Position numbers and translations under genes: made by a program. Below are positions 35,944 to 48,200 of a DNA stretch of 64,000 nucleotides, in pieces. The notes below the pieces were generated by a model that saw only the letters and a list, made by a program, of their open reading frames with translations, searched no databases and had not been told where the DNA came from. The number at the start of each line of letters is the position of its first letter. Position 1 is the stretch's first letter. The stretch is from Octopus sinensis (Eukaryota): positions 29,636,001-29,700,000 of the forward strand of contig NC_043003.1 of the NCBI RefSeq assembly GCF_006345805.1. The letters run 5' to 3'.

Positions 35944-37240
35944 TATCATTCACACACAGTAGTGTGTGAATAATAATCTTAAGGTTAACATTTACACACT
36001 TGTGACCACTTCTAGGTTTTGTCACTACCTCAGTTTTTAACCAAAGTAGATTGTGCTTACATTTCTAGATAGGTAACATCCTAAACTACATTTGAAAACT
36101 GCTTTGATAGAAAAAAAGTTTCAGGAAAGCATGTGAGTTCAAAAACAGGAAAGTAATTCCTGAAATCCACTTTGAGTCTTTTTTTTTTTTTTTCAAGAAA
36201 TCTAAATTTTATTTTAGCTTATATGATAGATCTCAGCGAGAGGAATCTATCCATATTAGTTATTCAAAAATGTTCAGTAAGTACTGAGGTAAAAACCAAC
36301 GAAAATATTAGATTAATTCCTGAAATCGACTTCGACTCCAAATATTCTTCTTTCAAAAGAAAACTATATTTAAATTTAACTTTTCTGACAGATCTCAACT
36401 ACAGGAATCCCATGATACTAATTATATATAAGAAAAATTTTATTAAAAAACTGCTGGGGCCAGATGTGCCGAAAACAGTGGTAACACCTCAAAGCCAATT
36501 CAAAACCTAAACGTTTTGTTTTTGTTTAGTTCATGTGATAGAACTCAAGATGAATGTCATGGTGCTAATCTTTTCAAAACATATTCAAAATTTTCTAAGT
36601 TATTATATAAGCTAAATGTGCCAAAAGTACATAAAACAATTTTCAAGTAATACTATTACTTATTACAGTACTAAGATGACCAGCTGGTGGTATCATTAAC
36701 ACACAGGGTGAAAGCTTCGCGACATTTTGTCTGTCTTTACGTTCTGAGTTCAAATTCTGCCAAGGTCATCTTTGCTTTTTATCTTTTCGGTACTTGATAA
36801 AATGAGTATCAGCTGAGCACTGAGGTTGACGTAATCAACTTCCTTCCCCACTGGATTTGATGGCCTTCTGCCAAAATTGGAAACCAATATAGCAAAATGT
36901 TTTATTCAATTCAGTATTTAGGTATCTTGCAAAGATCTACCTCTATTCATAGAATACACTATATTGCAGTAAATATATATAGTAATAAATATCATTCACA
37001 CACAGCAGTGTGTGAATAATATTTTTAACATCAACATTTACTCACCCACAATCACTTCTAGGCTTTGTCACTAATTCAGTTTTTTACCAAATTTGATGAT
37101 GTTTATACATTTTTAAGCTACATTTTCAGCTACAAAATTTGAAATTTAGTTCAGTAGAAAAAAAGTTGAAATTTCAAACATGTGAGGTCAAAAAGGGGAG
37201 AATAACACCTGAAATCGACTTCAGGGATATACAGGCAACA
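35944..37240 (+). repeat. Two diverged direct copies (~35944-36175 and ~36990-37240) of an element starting with a 10-bp-stem hairpin; a SINE lies between them (~36690-36890)
   Basis: atcattcacacacag(t/c)agtgtgtgaataat...cacttctagg(t/c)tttgtcacta in both copies. Confidence 0.7.
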
Positions 37241-38007
37241 CTGCATACATATTTTTGTAAACACGTGCGCACACATGTGCACATACTCATAAGTAACTTT
37301 TAAAACACCCATGAAGGGAAACAAAGGTGAGTGTAATGAATATGTAGCTTTAAGGAGAGAGGGGGTAAGTTGACAACAATTGATGATGAGTGGACTCTTT
37401 TCTGCTGTCCATTGTAAATAAACATTCACACACACACACACATACATACTTCTTGCAGAAAAATGTTACTGAGGTTTAAAGTTTAATAATTTTTACCTAA
37501 TCTGAAAACAGGATGTAGAAGCTGGCATTTTCTGCATGATAGTTGTCTATCACAAAATGAAAGCAAAATCATTATACAAGGAGGAATTTTTATTAAACAA
37601 CCAAAAGCAAAGCATGACAAAGACCAAAGTTGTAAGAACTTTTGCAGTCTTAATAAGTTTTTTGTTTGCTTTTAAACTTTAATTCAGTATTAAGAGTAGC
37701 AGAATTTAGATTATTATTTCTTAGGGTAAATTGACAAGGTTTTTGCTTTCAGATGGTATGATTGGATTTTCAGAGTAACAGGATTCAGATTTTTTATTGA
37801 AGGCAAGTTGACAAGAACAGTAGCTGAATTGCTGACTTTATTTTTATATTGCATGAATTTCAACTAACAAACTAAATTTGCCCTAACAAGGGCAGGTGCA
37901 AAACTAGCCAATGCATCCCATCACAAAAAATAAAATATTGATTCTACATTAAAAAAAAAATTAATCTGACAAATAAATCATAAGTAAAATTTATTAGTTA
38001 GCATTAA

Positions 38008-38453
38008 TACAGTAGAATTAGGCTAATTCATTACTTCACCTAATTCATCACTTTCAATTTTCTCCTAGGGATGACTAACTAGGCAAATTCTACTGTATTT
38101 TTTAAAACATTTATTTTATTTCATTTTTAAAATACTGCTTTTTTCCAAATATAAGCCCATGGGCTTAAATGCAGAGTTAAATAATTTTGCTTAAATGATT
38201 TTCTTCTGAAAATAATGAAAATTCTTGGGGTTATACATGAAAAGAGTTTCAGAATATAAGCCCATAGGCATAAAATTGGATGATCTTATTTTTGGAAAAA
38301 AAACCAGTAATGTTTTTAATTTTTGTTTTAATAAAATATAGTAAATTGTTTAAATGTTATTCTTGGCGGCAATATTTTAAGTACAGTAGAATTTTAATTT
38401 TAAGTACTTTTCATTTTCCTTTAGAGGTGATGAATTAGGCCGATTCTACTGTA
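38008..38453. mobile_element. Two short Tc1/mariner-pogo-type MITEs (38008-38097, 38382-38453)
   Basis: Both have TA-cagtagaat...attctactg-TA termini and share gatgaattaggc-type inner sequence. Confidence 0.65.
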
Positions 38454-38561
38454 GAAATCTTGTTCTGTACTTTTCCAGGTGTAATAACTTAAGAATATTA
38501 ATATGCATGCATCCACATTTTTCATTGTAATATATGTATATATACTGATATGCACACATAT

Positions 38562-39000
38562 AAGGAAGCAAGCTGACAGAATGATTAGTACATAGGACAA
38601 AGTGCTTAGTGGCATTTCTTCTATTTAAATCCTACAAGGGTTGACTTTGCCTTTCATCCCTTCAAGATTGATACAATGAAGTATGGTGGATTGGAGGTGT
38701 CAATATAATCAACTTCCACCACCCTTCAAAATTTCTGGCCTTGAACCCTGCAACAGACCAGCATTTTGCCAATGTGCTAATGGTTCTTTTCTACTCTATG
38801 CACAAAGCCCGAAATTTTGTGGGAGGGACCAGTCAGCTAGATCGATCCCAGTACGCAACTGGTACTTAATTTATCGACCCTGAAAGGTTGAAAGACAAAG
38901 TCAATCTTGGCAGAATTCAAACTCAGAATGTAAAGACAGACGAAATACCACTAAGCATTTCACCTGGCATGCTAACTGTTCTGCCAGCTCACTGCCTTAA
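38562..39000. mobile_element. Tail-to-tail inverted SINE pair (+ ~38562-38760, - ~38790-39000)
   Basis: gttgactttgcctttcatccc on the + copy; aaaggttgaaagacaaagtcaa and ctgccagctcactgcc on the - copy. Confidence 0.75.
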
Positions 39001-39459
39001 ATTTCTATTTAGTATTGATTTTTTACATTGGCTCAAGTTTAACCCTTCCTTCCCAAGCCCCACACAAATCTATAACTCCAATTCTTCTTCCTTGTAATGT
39101 CATCTCTCTGAAGTTTCTTTCACATCCATGTTTTTCCTACAAACATCAAGCTTTTTTTATGTTTATTGGAAAGGATCAGGGCTCATGGTTTCACAAACCC
39201 TCCAAGAAGAGTGAGATCAATGTGGTCAATGTCTCAACTGAAAAGCAGGAGTAAAAGAATTCTAAAAATTCATCATTTTGAGGAGGAAAGACTTGGTATA
39301 GTGGTCAGTGTGGGAAACCTGAGTGAGTCAGGTGTACCCTAAGCAGAGGTGGTATAAGACCAGCCTGCTTTGAGGAGGAGTGAGGCCACTTTAGTAATAA
39401 TAAAAAAGATAGAAGACAGCATGTATGTGGGTCAGAAGTCACTGACCTTCATGCCAATC

Positions 39460-41378
39460 AGTTGATCAAACTGAACATCCACCACATCAATCCCAGAAGC
39501 CATGAGTACTGTTCCTACTTTCTGACTGAACTTATTAACCTTTCGTCAATCTCCAGTTTCTGCATCGCCCACCAGATAAGGGAACGGGGGACCCCGTCAA
39601 AGGCTTTCTCCAAGTCTACAAAAGTTAAGTATAGGGGTTTGTCTTTAGCTAGGTATTTCTCCTGCAGTTGTCAAACCAGGAATATGGCATCAGTGGTGCT
39701 TCTACCCGGTACAAAACCGAACTGCATCTCATCTAAACTGACTCTCTCCCTAATGTAATGGGCTATAACCCTCTCCATGACCTTCATCACCTGTTCCAGC
39801 AGTTTGATACCACTGTAGTTATTTCTGTCTAGAGCATCACCTTTACCCTTGTAGCAGTTGACTTTGTTGCTGCTATGCCAGTCATTGGGTATGACTCCAT
39901 CATGAACTACCGGGTTTACAATGCATGTGACTAGGCCATAGCCTATACCACCAGATGCTTTAAGCATCTCAGCAGCAATTTGTGATGGGCCTGGGGCTTT
40001 TCTTGGCTTCATACCCTTAATTGCTTTATCTACTAGGGAGCTCTCTATTTGGATAGCTGGTCCCTCTACTCCTCCCATTCATTCTCCACATTCAGCAGCC
40101 TTTCATAATGGCTTCTCCAAGCCTCTTTCTTTGCAGAATCATTAAAAGCAAGTGCACCATCATCCATGCGGATGCATTTCTCTCCTGTGACATCACAATT
40201 TTCTCTCACACACTGTCATGCAATCCGAAATACTTCAGTTCTTTGGTCCTCACGTCACTGGACATTGGCAAACTTCTTCTTTTCTGCTTCACCCTTGGCT
40301 ATGTCTACCTGCAGCCCAGCATCCCTTTTGGCTACCTGGTAAAGTTTCCTGCTTCCCCCAGCTTTCCAGGCCTGTTTCTTTGCTCTAATGGCTTTGTCTA
40401 CTATACTATTCCACCACCATATAACTCTAGGTCTGGAATGGACTTCGCATCATCCACAGATTTTGTCTGTAGCACTCAGCAAGCTGTCCCATAGGAATTT
40501 CCAGCTACCTTCTATGTCTGCTACGTCTGATATCTGTAGCTCCTCCTCCCTCTCATCAAATTTCTTGATGAGGATGTCCCTAAATCTCTGACCACATGAA
40601 GGGTTCTTTAGCTTCCAAATCCTTTTTTGGATTGGTCTGCTTCTTGGTATCCTTCTGACCTGAAGCCTAAGGTCACTAATGACTAGCCTATGCTGGGAGG
40701 ATACATTCTTCATCCAAGAGGGTCTTTGTATTTAAGAGCAACCCTGCATACCGCTGTCTGGTGAGGATGAAATCAATCTGGCTAGCAGAGTCACCTGATT
40801 GATAGGTTATCAGGTGGCTGTCTGATTTCCTGAAGTTAGTGTTGCAGATTAAAAGGTTACATGCATCACAAAACTCCAGTAGCATAGTTCCCTCATCGTT
40901 TTGGGAACCAATACTATGTACACCAGTGAAGATACCGGATTGCTGCCCAACATGTACACCAGTGAAGATACCGGATTGCTGCCCAACATGCCCATTAAAA
41001 TCTCCAGCCGCAAAGATGAGGTCATTGCCACTCATCTTTGAGGTAGTCTGTAGAAGAGTATCATAAAAATGATCCTTCTGATCATTTGGTAGGCCCGTTT
41101 GTGGGGCATAGGCAGAGATAATTGTAGCTGTGCTGTTCTGCAGGACTAGCCTGAGCTGAAGCACTCTATTGCATACCCTGACAACCTCTAGGATTTTATG
41201 TACCCATTTCTCTGCAAGGAGTATGCCTACACCCCCCACTCCATCCATGTTACCTTGCCAGAAGATTTTATACTTATGTGCCTTGCCTGTGAGGACTCTA
41301 GACGAAGCTCCTCTCCATCTTACCTCTTGTATGCAGCAGCATACATCGACACATCTCCTTTCAAGCATCTCTACAATC

Positions 41379-41385
<7 letters not shown>
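39460..41385 (-). mobile_element. RTE LINE: APE endonuclease, linker and RT N-terminus; 36-bp in-frame internal duplication
   Basis: ORF 40688-41368 has QEVRWRG, GDFNGHVG and SQIDFIL. ORF 39671-40078 has KAPGPS...QFGFVPGRSTTDAIF. HVGQQSGIFTGV occurs twice. Confidence 0.93.
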
Positions 41386-41437
<52 letters not shown>

Positions 41438-41939
41438 CTGTTTAGATATCAGATCTTAAGCTTACCCATATCATTATCATTATCCTCATTTAACATCTGT
41501 TTTCCAGGCTTGTGTGGATTGGATGGTTTGACAAGATTCTATGAACTGCAGACTGCATCAAGCTCTGCTATCAGCTTTGGCTTGGTTTCTATTTCAACCA
41601 CTTTACAGTATGTACAAGATGCTTTTCTATGATGATACCTGCATGAGAGAGATCCTGGCAACCTTTCTTATGCTGATGATGGGTTTCTTTCAGTTTCTGT
41701 CTATCAAATGCATGAACAAGGCTTTGGTCAGCCTGAGGCTATAATAAAAGATATTTACACAAGGTTTTACATAGTGGAACTGAACCTGAAATCATGTGAG
41801 TGTGAAACAAAGTTCTAAATCAAATAACCATCCCCATACCTACAAGTGTAGGCATAAGTTTTAAGATAATGTACGCATAAATATCGGTGAAACTGGCCAC
41901 TGGCACAAGAGCACAAGGACAATTTTATTTTCATTTCTA

Positions 41940-42265
41940 GGACATCTGCAAGAGAGATATGAAGTCAATAGATCTGGACATCTTGAGATGGGAGGCAGTT
42001 GCAAATGATTTCCCCATACTGCAGAGAAGTACTATGCAAGGGGAAGAGAAACTGGAACTTGTCACCAAAGAATAGTGTACTTGAAGAAAGGAAAAGTCAG
42101 TAATGTCAGTGGAGAGCTTTTTCAAATGCAATCGTTGCATGAAAGTCTGCCACTCCCATGTGGGCCTTACAGTCACAGCAGACACTGTACCACCATCAAC
42201 AGCTGACACAAAATTCTCCAGGTGCATATCCCTGGTCTTTCAAGACTGATGGATGCCTATCTACA
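41940..42265 (+). mobile_element. RTE-BovB-type LINE 3' end with C-terminal zinc finger
   Basis: DICKRDMKSIDLDILRWEAVAND...FKCNRCMKVCHSHVGL, and 3' terminus gtctttcaagactgatggatgcct. Confidence 0.7.
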
Positions 42266-43067
42266 GGTATGAATATTGTAAATATGTACGCTGAAGGTAA
42301 GGGAAATAGTTCAGAAAATTAAAAATTTATTAACAACTCATCTTGGATATTCAGCTTTATAAAATACATGTGAGTTATAACATTTTACATTTGTTTTTCA
42401 ATGCTCACATGAGGAGGATGTGTAAAAATGATAGTAAGACATTGTTCAACAGCTGTATACCCTTCTATTCATAACCCTTAAATGTTTTTTCTGCAAAATT
42501 TCAGCATAATATCACCAAATATTTTTTTGCTCAAACAGCTTCATGCAAAGGCAACTAAACCAGGAGATAGAGAACTCTAACAGAAAAGCCTGAGGTATGC
42601 TGTTCCTTTAGTTTGTGACAAATAAGTTTCACCTATCTAGTGACAGCATTTCCAAAAAGTGTGGCTAGTCCTACACAAACCTTCATCATTAGAAAACAAA
42701 TCACCTATATACACATATACAAATGTACATACGTATGAATGGATGAATGATTTTTATTACAGTTTTATGTAAGTTCTTGAGAGTTCAAGCTGGTTGTTAT
42801 ATGTATGTATTGAATTCTCTCAATTTCAATTTATGAAGGTCTGATGGCCTAGCTGTTAGACAACCCACACATTTTGGAAATGCTGATAATAGGTAGTTGG
42901 TGCAAATGTTTGCCACAAACTCAATGATCAGCATGACTGAAGCTTTTCTATAAGAGTTCTCCATCTCCTGAGTTAGTTGTTTTTCCACAGCTTAAAATCC
43001 AGTCCACCCTAGTAGGCTTACTTGCACCTTGGCACCAAACTGGGAATTTCTAAGTCCTCGCATTTAT

Positions 43068-44530
43068 GTCATCATCATCATTTAACGTCTGTTTTCCATA
43101 CTGGCATGGGTTGGACAGTTCAACTGGGGTCTGGGAAGCCAGGAGGCTGCACCAGGCTCCAGTCTGTGCCCTTCCTAATGCCAACCACTCTGTAAGCGTA
43201 GTGGGTGCTTTTTACATGCCACCAGCACGGAAGCCAGTCAAGACGGCGTTGGTATTGGCCACATTCGGATGATGCTTTTTATGTGCCACCAGCACGGGTA
43301 TTACAATTACAATTTCCATTTGATTTTCATTTTGATGATGATGTACTTGACTCAATAGGTCTCCTCAAGCACAGCAGGTCGCCCTACGATCCAAGGTACT
43401 TTTGAATGGGATATGGCTGGTTATGAGAAACTGGTGTAGGATACAGCTGTGAACTCACTTTATTTGCTGGGTCTTTGCAGTCACAGCATATCTCCAGAGG
43501 TCTCGGTCTTTTGTCATTGCCTCTGTGAGGCCCAACGTTCGAAGGTCATGCTTCACCACCTCATCCCATGTCTTCCTGGGTCTCCCTCTACCCCGTTCTG
43601 GGAAGCCAGGAGGCTACACCAGGCTCCAGTCTGATCTAGCAGTGTTTTGTAGAAACATTATTATCATAATCGTTTAACGTCCATTTTCCATGCTGGCATG
43701 GGTTGGACGGTTCGACTGGGGTCTAGGAAGCCAGGAGGCTGCACCAAGCCCCAATCTGATATGGAAGTGTTTCTACAGTTGGATGCCCTTCCTAACACCA
43801 ACCACTCCGAGAGTGTAGTGGGTGCTTTTTACGTGCTACTGGCAGAAGGAGTCAGAGGAGCTGGCATCGACCACACCCAGATAGTGCTTTTTATGTGCCA
43901 CTGGCACGGAAGCCAGTCAAGGCGGCACTGGCATTGGCCACGTTTGGATGGTGCTTTTTACATGCTACCGGCACAGGGCTCACAACTACAATTTCCATTT
44001 GATTTGATTTTGATATTGCTGATGATGTACTTGACTCAATAGGTCTCCTAAAGCACGGCATGTCGCCCTACGAGCCAAAGTACTTTTGAGTTGGCTGGTT
44101 ATGCAACACTGGTGCAGACTCACTTTATTTGCCAGGTCTTCTCAGTCCCAGCATACCTCCAGAGATTTTGGTCTCTTGTCATTGCCTCTGTGAGGCCCAA
44201 CATTCGAAGGTCATGCTTCACCACCTTATCCCAGGTGTATAGATATATATATTGTGTGTGCATACATATATGTGTACCATACTACATATGTAAAGGAGGA
44301 TGACATTAGATCTTCAACATTCATGGCCCACATCATGCTACTATACTTCATACACAAGTGTCGGGCAAACTATCCTTCAGTTTGAGAGAGAATTCTTCTG
44401 TTGTTTGCAGAGGTAATAGTTCCCTGAACTTTTTCCAATCAGCTCTTACACTTTACTGTAGCCTCTATCTATCTTTTGATACACCCACCTCAATCATAGC
44501 TTCTTACATCGTCAAGCAGCCATAGCTATC
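43068..44530 (-). mobile_element. Tandem cluster of 5'-truncated RTE 3' fragments
   Basis: Two tails (43068, ~43670) each followed by homologous 3' UTR; RT C-terminal remnant WKKFRELLPL at ~44400-44440. Confidence 0.8.
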
Positions 44531-44934
44531 AATTATTGCTAGTGAACCTTCTTAATATTAATTATTCCTGTGCGTATGTTATATACAAAGTTCCCCTTCT
44601 TTGGCAGTTTGCCCGCATGAGTTCATAATTTATACAAGTTGTAGTGAAGGAGATTTCTACCAATTCCTTTCTTGTATTTCAACCATGGTCATTTCTCAAA
44701 TAAAGGCAGGGTCGTGTTTTCTTTCCTACTTACTAAAACTTTAGGTTGTTAAATTTACTTTTGAAACCTTCCGGTTCTTTGCGTATACAGTATCAAAATA
44801 TACACGTAACAGTATAATCTATATGCATAGACTAACTCTAGTCTCACAACTTCTAATATTACCGTGATATTAACTTTCATATTGACATAACACTCCTAGT
44901 AATGCCAGAAATTAAATATATGTAAGCAGTAGTC

Positions 44935-45028
44935 ATCTCCCTTGTTTCCAAGATCCGCATCGTGGCGTTAGCGTATTGGACGAGATTTAAGTGAAGTCAC
45001 ACGAGATATTAAATGACAGAGTGACAAT
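44935..45028 (+). promoter_or_regulatory. CpG-enriched putative promoter/5' UTR of HM13, with a 3-codon uORF (45013-45024)
   Basis: Local CpG density is high relative to the window; ATG ACA GAG TGA ends 4 nt before the main ATG. Confidence 0.45.
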
Positions 45029-45235
45029 ATGGCAGATACAACATCTGAAACAGCGTCAGTCCTTAATGCAACAAGTGCGGACAATGCAGCCACATCTGGT
45101 GCTACTAATGCCACCATGCGTGTACCTGCAACACCTGAGGGAATGGTGGTGGCTTACAGTAGTCTAGTTATCATGGCATTACTACCAATCTTTATCGGTT
45201 CCTTTCGCTCTGTGAAGCACCATAAGGAACAGAAG
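45029..45235 (+). CDS. HM13: HM13 exon 1
   Basis: MADTT...PATPEGMVVAYSSLVIMALLPIFIGSFRSVKHHKEQK|gtacgt; two NAT sequons. Confidence 0.95.
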
Positions 45236-48200
45236 GTACGTTCCGTTAAACTACTCAATTTTTTCCTGTCCCATTCTTTTTCCGTTTTGAAATTGGGTTT
45301 TCTTTCTCTCTTTATTTTTTCTTCTGACCGAGACATTCCATTACCTATGTATGTTCGTTCTTTATCCAAGAAAATAATAATCGGCTTATTGTACTTCTGC
45401 TGTTTCGCCTCCAAACTGTACCAAGAACCCCCCCAGCAAGCTTGCCGGTTGCTGTCCAGATGGCAACCACGTCTGAACGGTCCTTGCTTTATACACGATT
45501 TCTTAGCCACACCACTTCGAAAATGTATTAGATATGAATCGAGATTGTGTAACGTTCATGCTTTTCTTAAAAGATGTCTTCGCGTTCCACACAGTTGAAG
45601 AATTAGGGAATATTTTGCAGCTACTCTTTCTTCATTATATATTTCCCCGTTTAAACAAATGTTGTGTAAAATTACTCCCCATTAATGTTACAAATATGTC
45701 TGTTGTATACTGCGGATGTGGAACCAGCTGCACTGAACTTGATTAGCGTGTAAAGATCGCTTTATGAAATAAATGGCGTATTTTTACTATATTGGTTTGA
45801 TATTGAGTGAGGTAAAAAAAAAAAAAAAAAAGAAAGTATGAAATATCTTTAAAAATCACAGAATACTTTAGTAGCACACATTGAACATACGTGTGCGCGT
45901 GTAGACGGATACGGACATCAGCGATTTATTTATTTATTTAATTCTTCCATTCAGACGAAAGGAAGAATAATACGAAATGGTTATTATAGTCAATCGATCT
46001 TTGAAAGATATCTCATTGATCGATTATTCTTCACTCCATCTAAAAATTGGGGTATGAAACGACCAATTTGTTCTAGATTGATGTTCGAACTGTCACCCGT
46101 ATGTAGATGTCTAGATTTACGTACATATGACATATTACTACCATTTTCCCCCCATTGTTTTCATTCCGCGATGTCATTACTTGCACAGTGTCTGTTTCTG
46201 TAGTGTATGCATGTGTTCGTACAGAAAATTCCATATTTGTGTAAATACTGAACTAATTAAGTGGTTAATATAAAGCGTTACGCCTATTAAGTCATCTGAA
46301 GTGAAATGGCAAGTAATAAAACTACTACCGACACAACTATGCTGGATTTAATAAGAATCATACAGGAACAAGGAAAGAAATTGGTTACATTTAGTTTTTT
46401 TTAAAAACCCACTTTACTTATTTCTGTAAACTATAAATGAATTCGATAGAACGTCCATCTCTCTCTCTCTCTGAGTAGCTTATTTTTGTTCTGCCCATAC
46501 TAGAGCATTGTTCCTATCTCACTACGATTTTTATTTATTAATTTACCATTAAAAGTACAACAATAGATTTGATTTACTGTTAAATGTTATATTTATATAT
46601 ACGCATGTAGCGGAACTAATACCTTTCTAGTCACATAAAGTAACAGCTGTTTAAGACTTCAATACAAAAACTCAACATATTTTTCATTTTAGTTTCTTTT
46701 TTTAAACAAAGGCATGCGTATCAATGAATCTCATTTTCTCTCTTCTAAGCTCTTGAGGCTTTGGTGTTAGATGCCATTTTTTTAAAAAGAACTCACATAA
46801 CCAGTATTTTTCACACCCCGCCCCTTCCCTATTTCCAAACAAGAAACTACCGAGTTCTAATTCTGATTGAGTTCAAACCGCACGAAGATCCCTTTGAAGT
46901 CGATAAAATTAAATATAAATAATACGTGGTCGACTATGTCGGAACTTGATCTAAAACGTTTTGTACATCGACGAGAGTTTAGTGGAGTCTCATAGTAGGA
47001 TCCCGAAAGATCGCCAGTTAGGCTTTTGACAAAAAGTTTATGGGGATTAATGTACTGGATTATCAAAAAATAAACATGAACGCTATAAGAACCAATTTTT
47101 CCTTGTCCCTGAAACTCTGAAGCGCTATAGCAATTGCTATTTGTGTTCTATGAATTGTGTTCGCATTTTGCGAAATAGATCCCCATCTTCAGTTCTTAAG
47201 AATTACAAGTTCGATATATCGACTGTCATTGGCATGATTTTTAACTATAATCCCCATATTAAAAAAGAAAAAGAAATTACTCATAAATATTTTGATACAT
47301 GTACATTTGTCTTGTATGAGTGAAACATGCTTAACTATTTCTTCCGGCTCTACGTTCTGAGTACAAAAACCGCCAAGGTTAACTTTGCGTTTCATCTATC
47401 TGAGATTGATGAAATATACCAGTGAAATATTGGGATCGAGTTAAGCGACAAGACACGTCACTCAGATTTCTGGCCTTGTGCCTATATTAGAAACTATAAT
47501 TATTCTTCCCATATTGTGTGTGTATGTATATATAGTACAGTTCCTGTTATCTTCTATATTACACACGTGGAACTGTTCTCATGTATTTTCCATACCGTAC
47601 ATATATATTAGCATACGGCTTTTTAAATAATTGAAAAAGCGATGTTATTATTTTGCTTCCTTTTGACACATTGTCTTTCTCCGATGTGAGACTATATTAA
47701 AAGAACAAATTATAGTGCACTATTATGTTCTAACTTGATTAAACTCGCTAATAGTTTTTGGAAGAAGGAGGAATCTTCTAACTCTTCGGCCTATACTTTA
47801 TCATTATATCTTATATTAATTTACCTGGGGATTAGGAGTGGGGGGAATTATGTTCCACCCCATCCCACTTATTTGTTGAACCGACTAAATTCAAGGCGTG
47901 TGAGAACCAACTTGCAGATATTTATTTATCATTCTACGCCCCCCCCCCGTCCACCGTTTGCTTTGTGTCAGTTGTTGGTTGGTTGCTTATCTTCAACAGT
48001 TCGTGCTCTCGTCAGATTATCTAACAAAAAATTTCTGACTCCTATAAACTTATAAGAACTATTGAATGGTCGACTCGTTTCTAGAACATCGTTATGGTTT
48101 TCTTTCATTTAACAATAAAAATTCATTTATTTCTTCTTTTGACACAAAAACATCACATTTTTAGAGATGACGAAAGTGAAAGCTGAGTGGCCATGCTTTC

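Noticed and set aside
45236-45598. Longer HM13 first exon as in the 189-aa ORF; likewise 48943-49122 and 59598-59828
   Set aside because: Read-through into introns or wrong frame; homology stops at canonical GT donors
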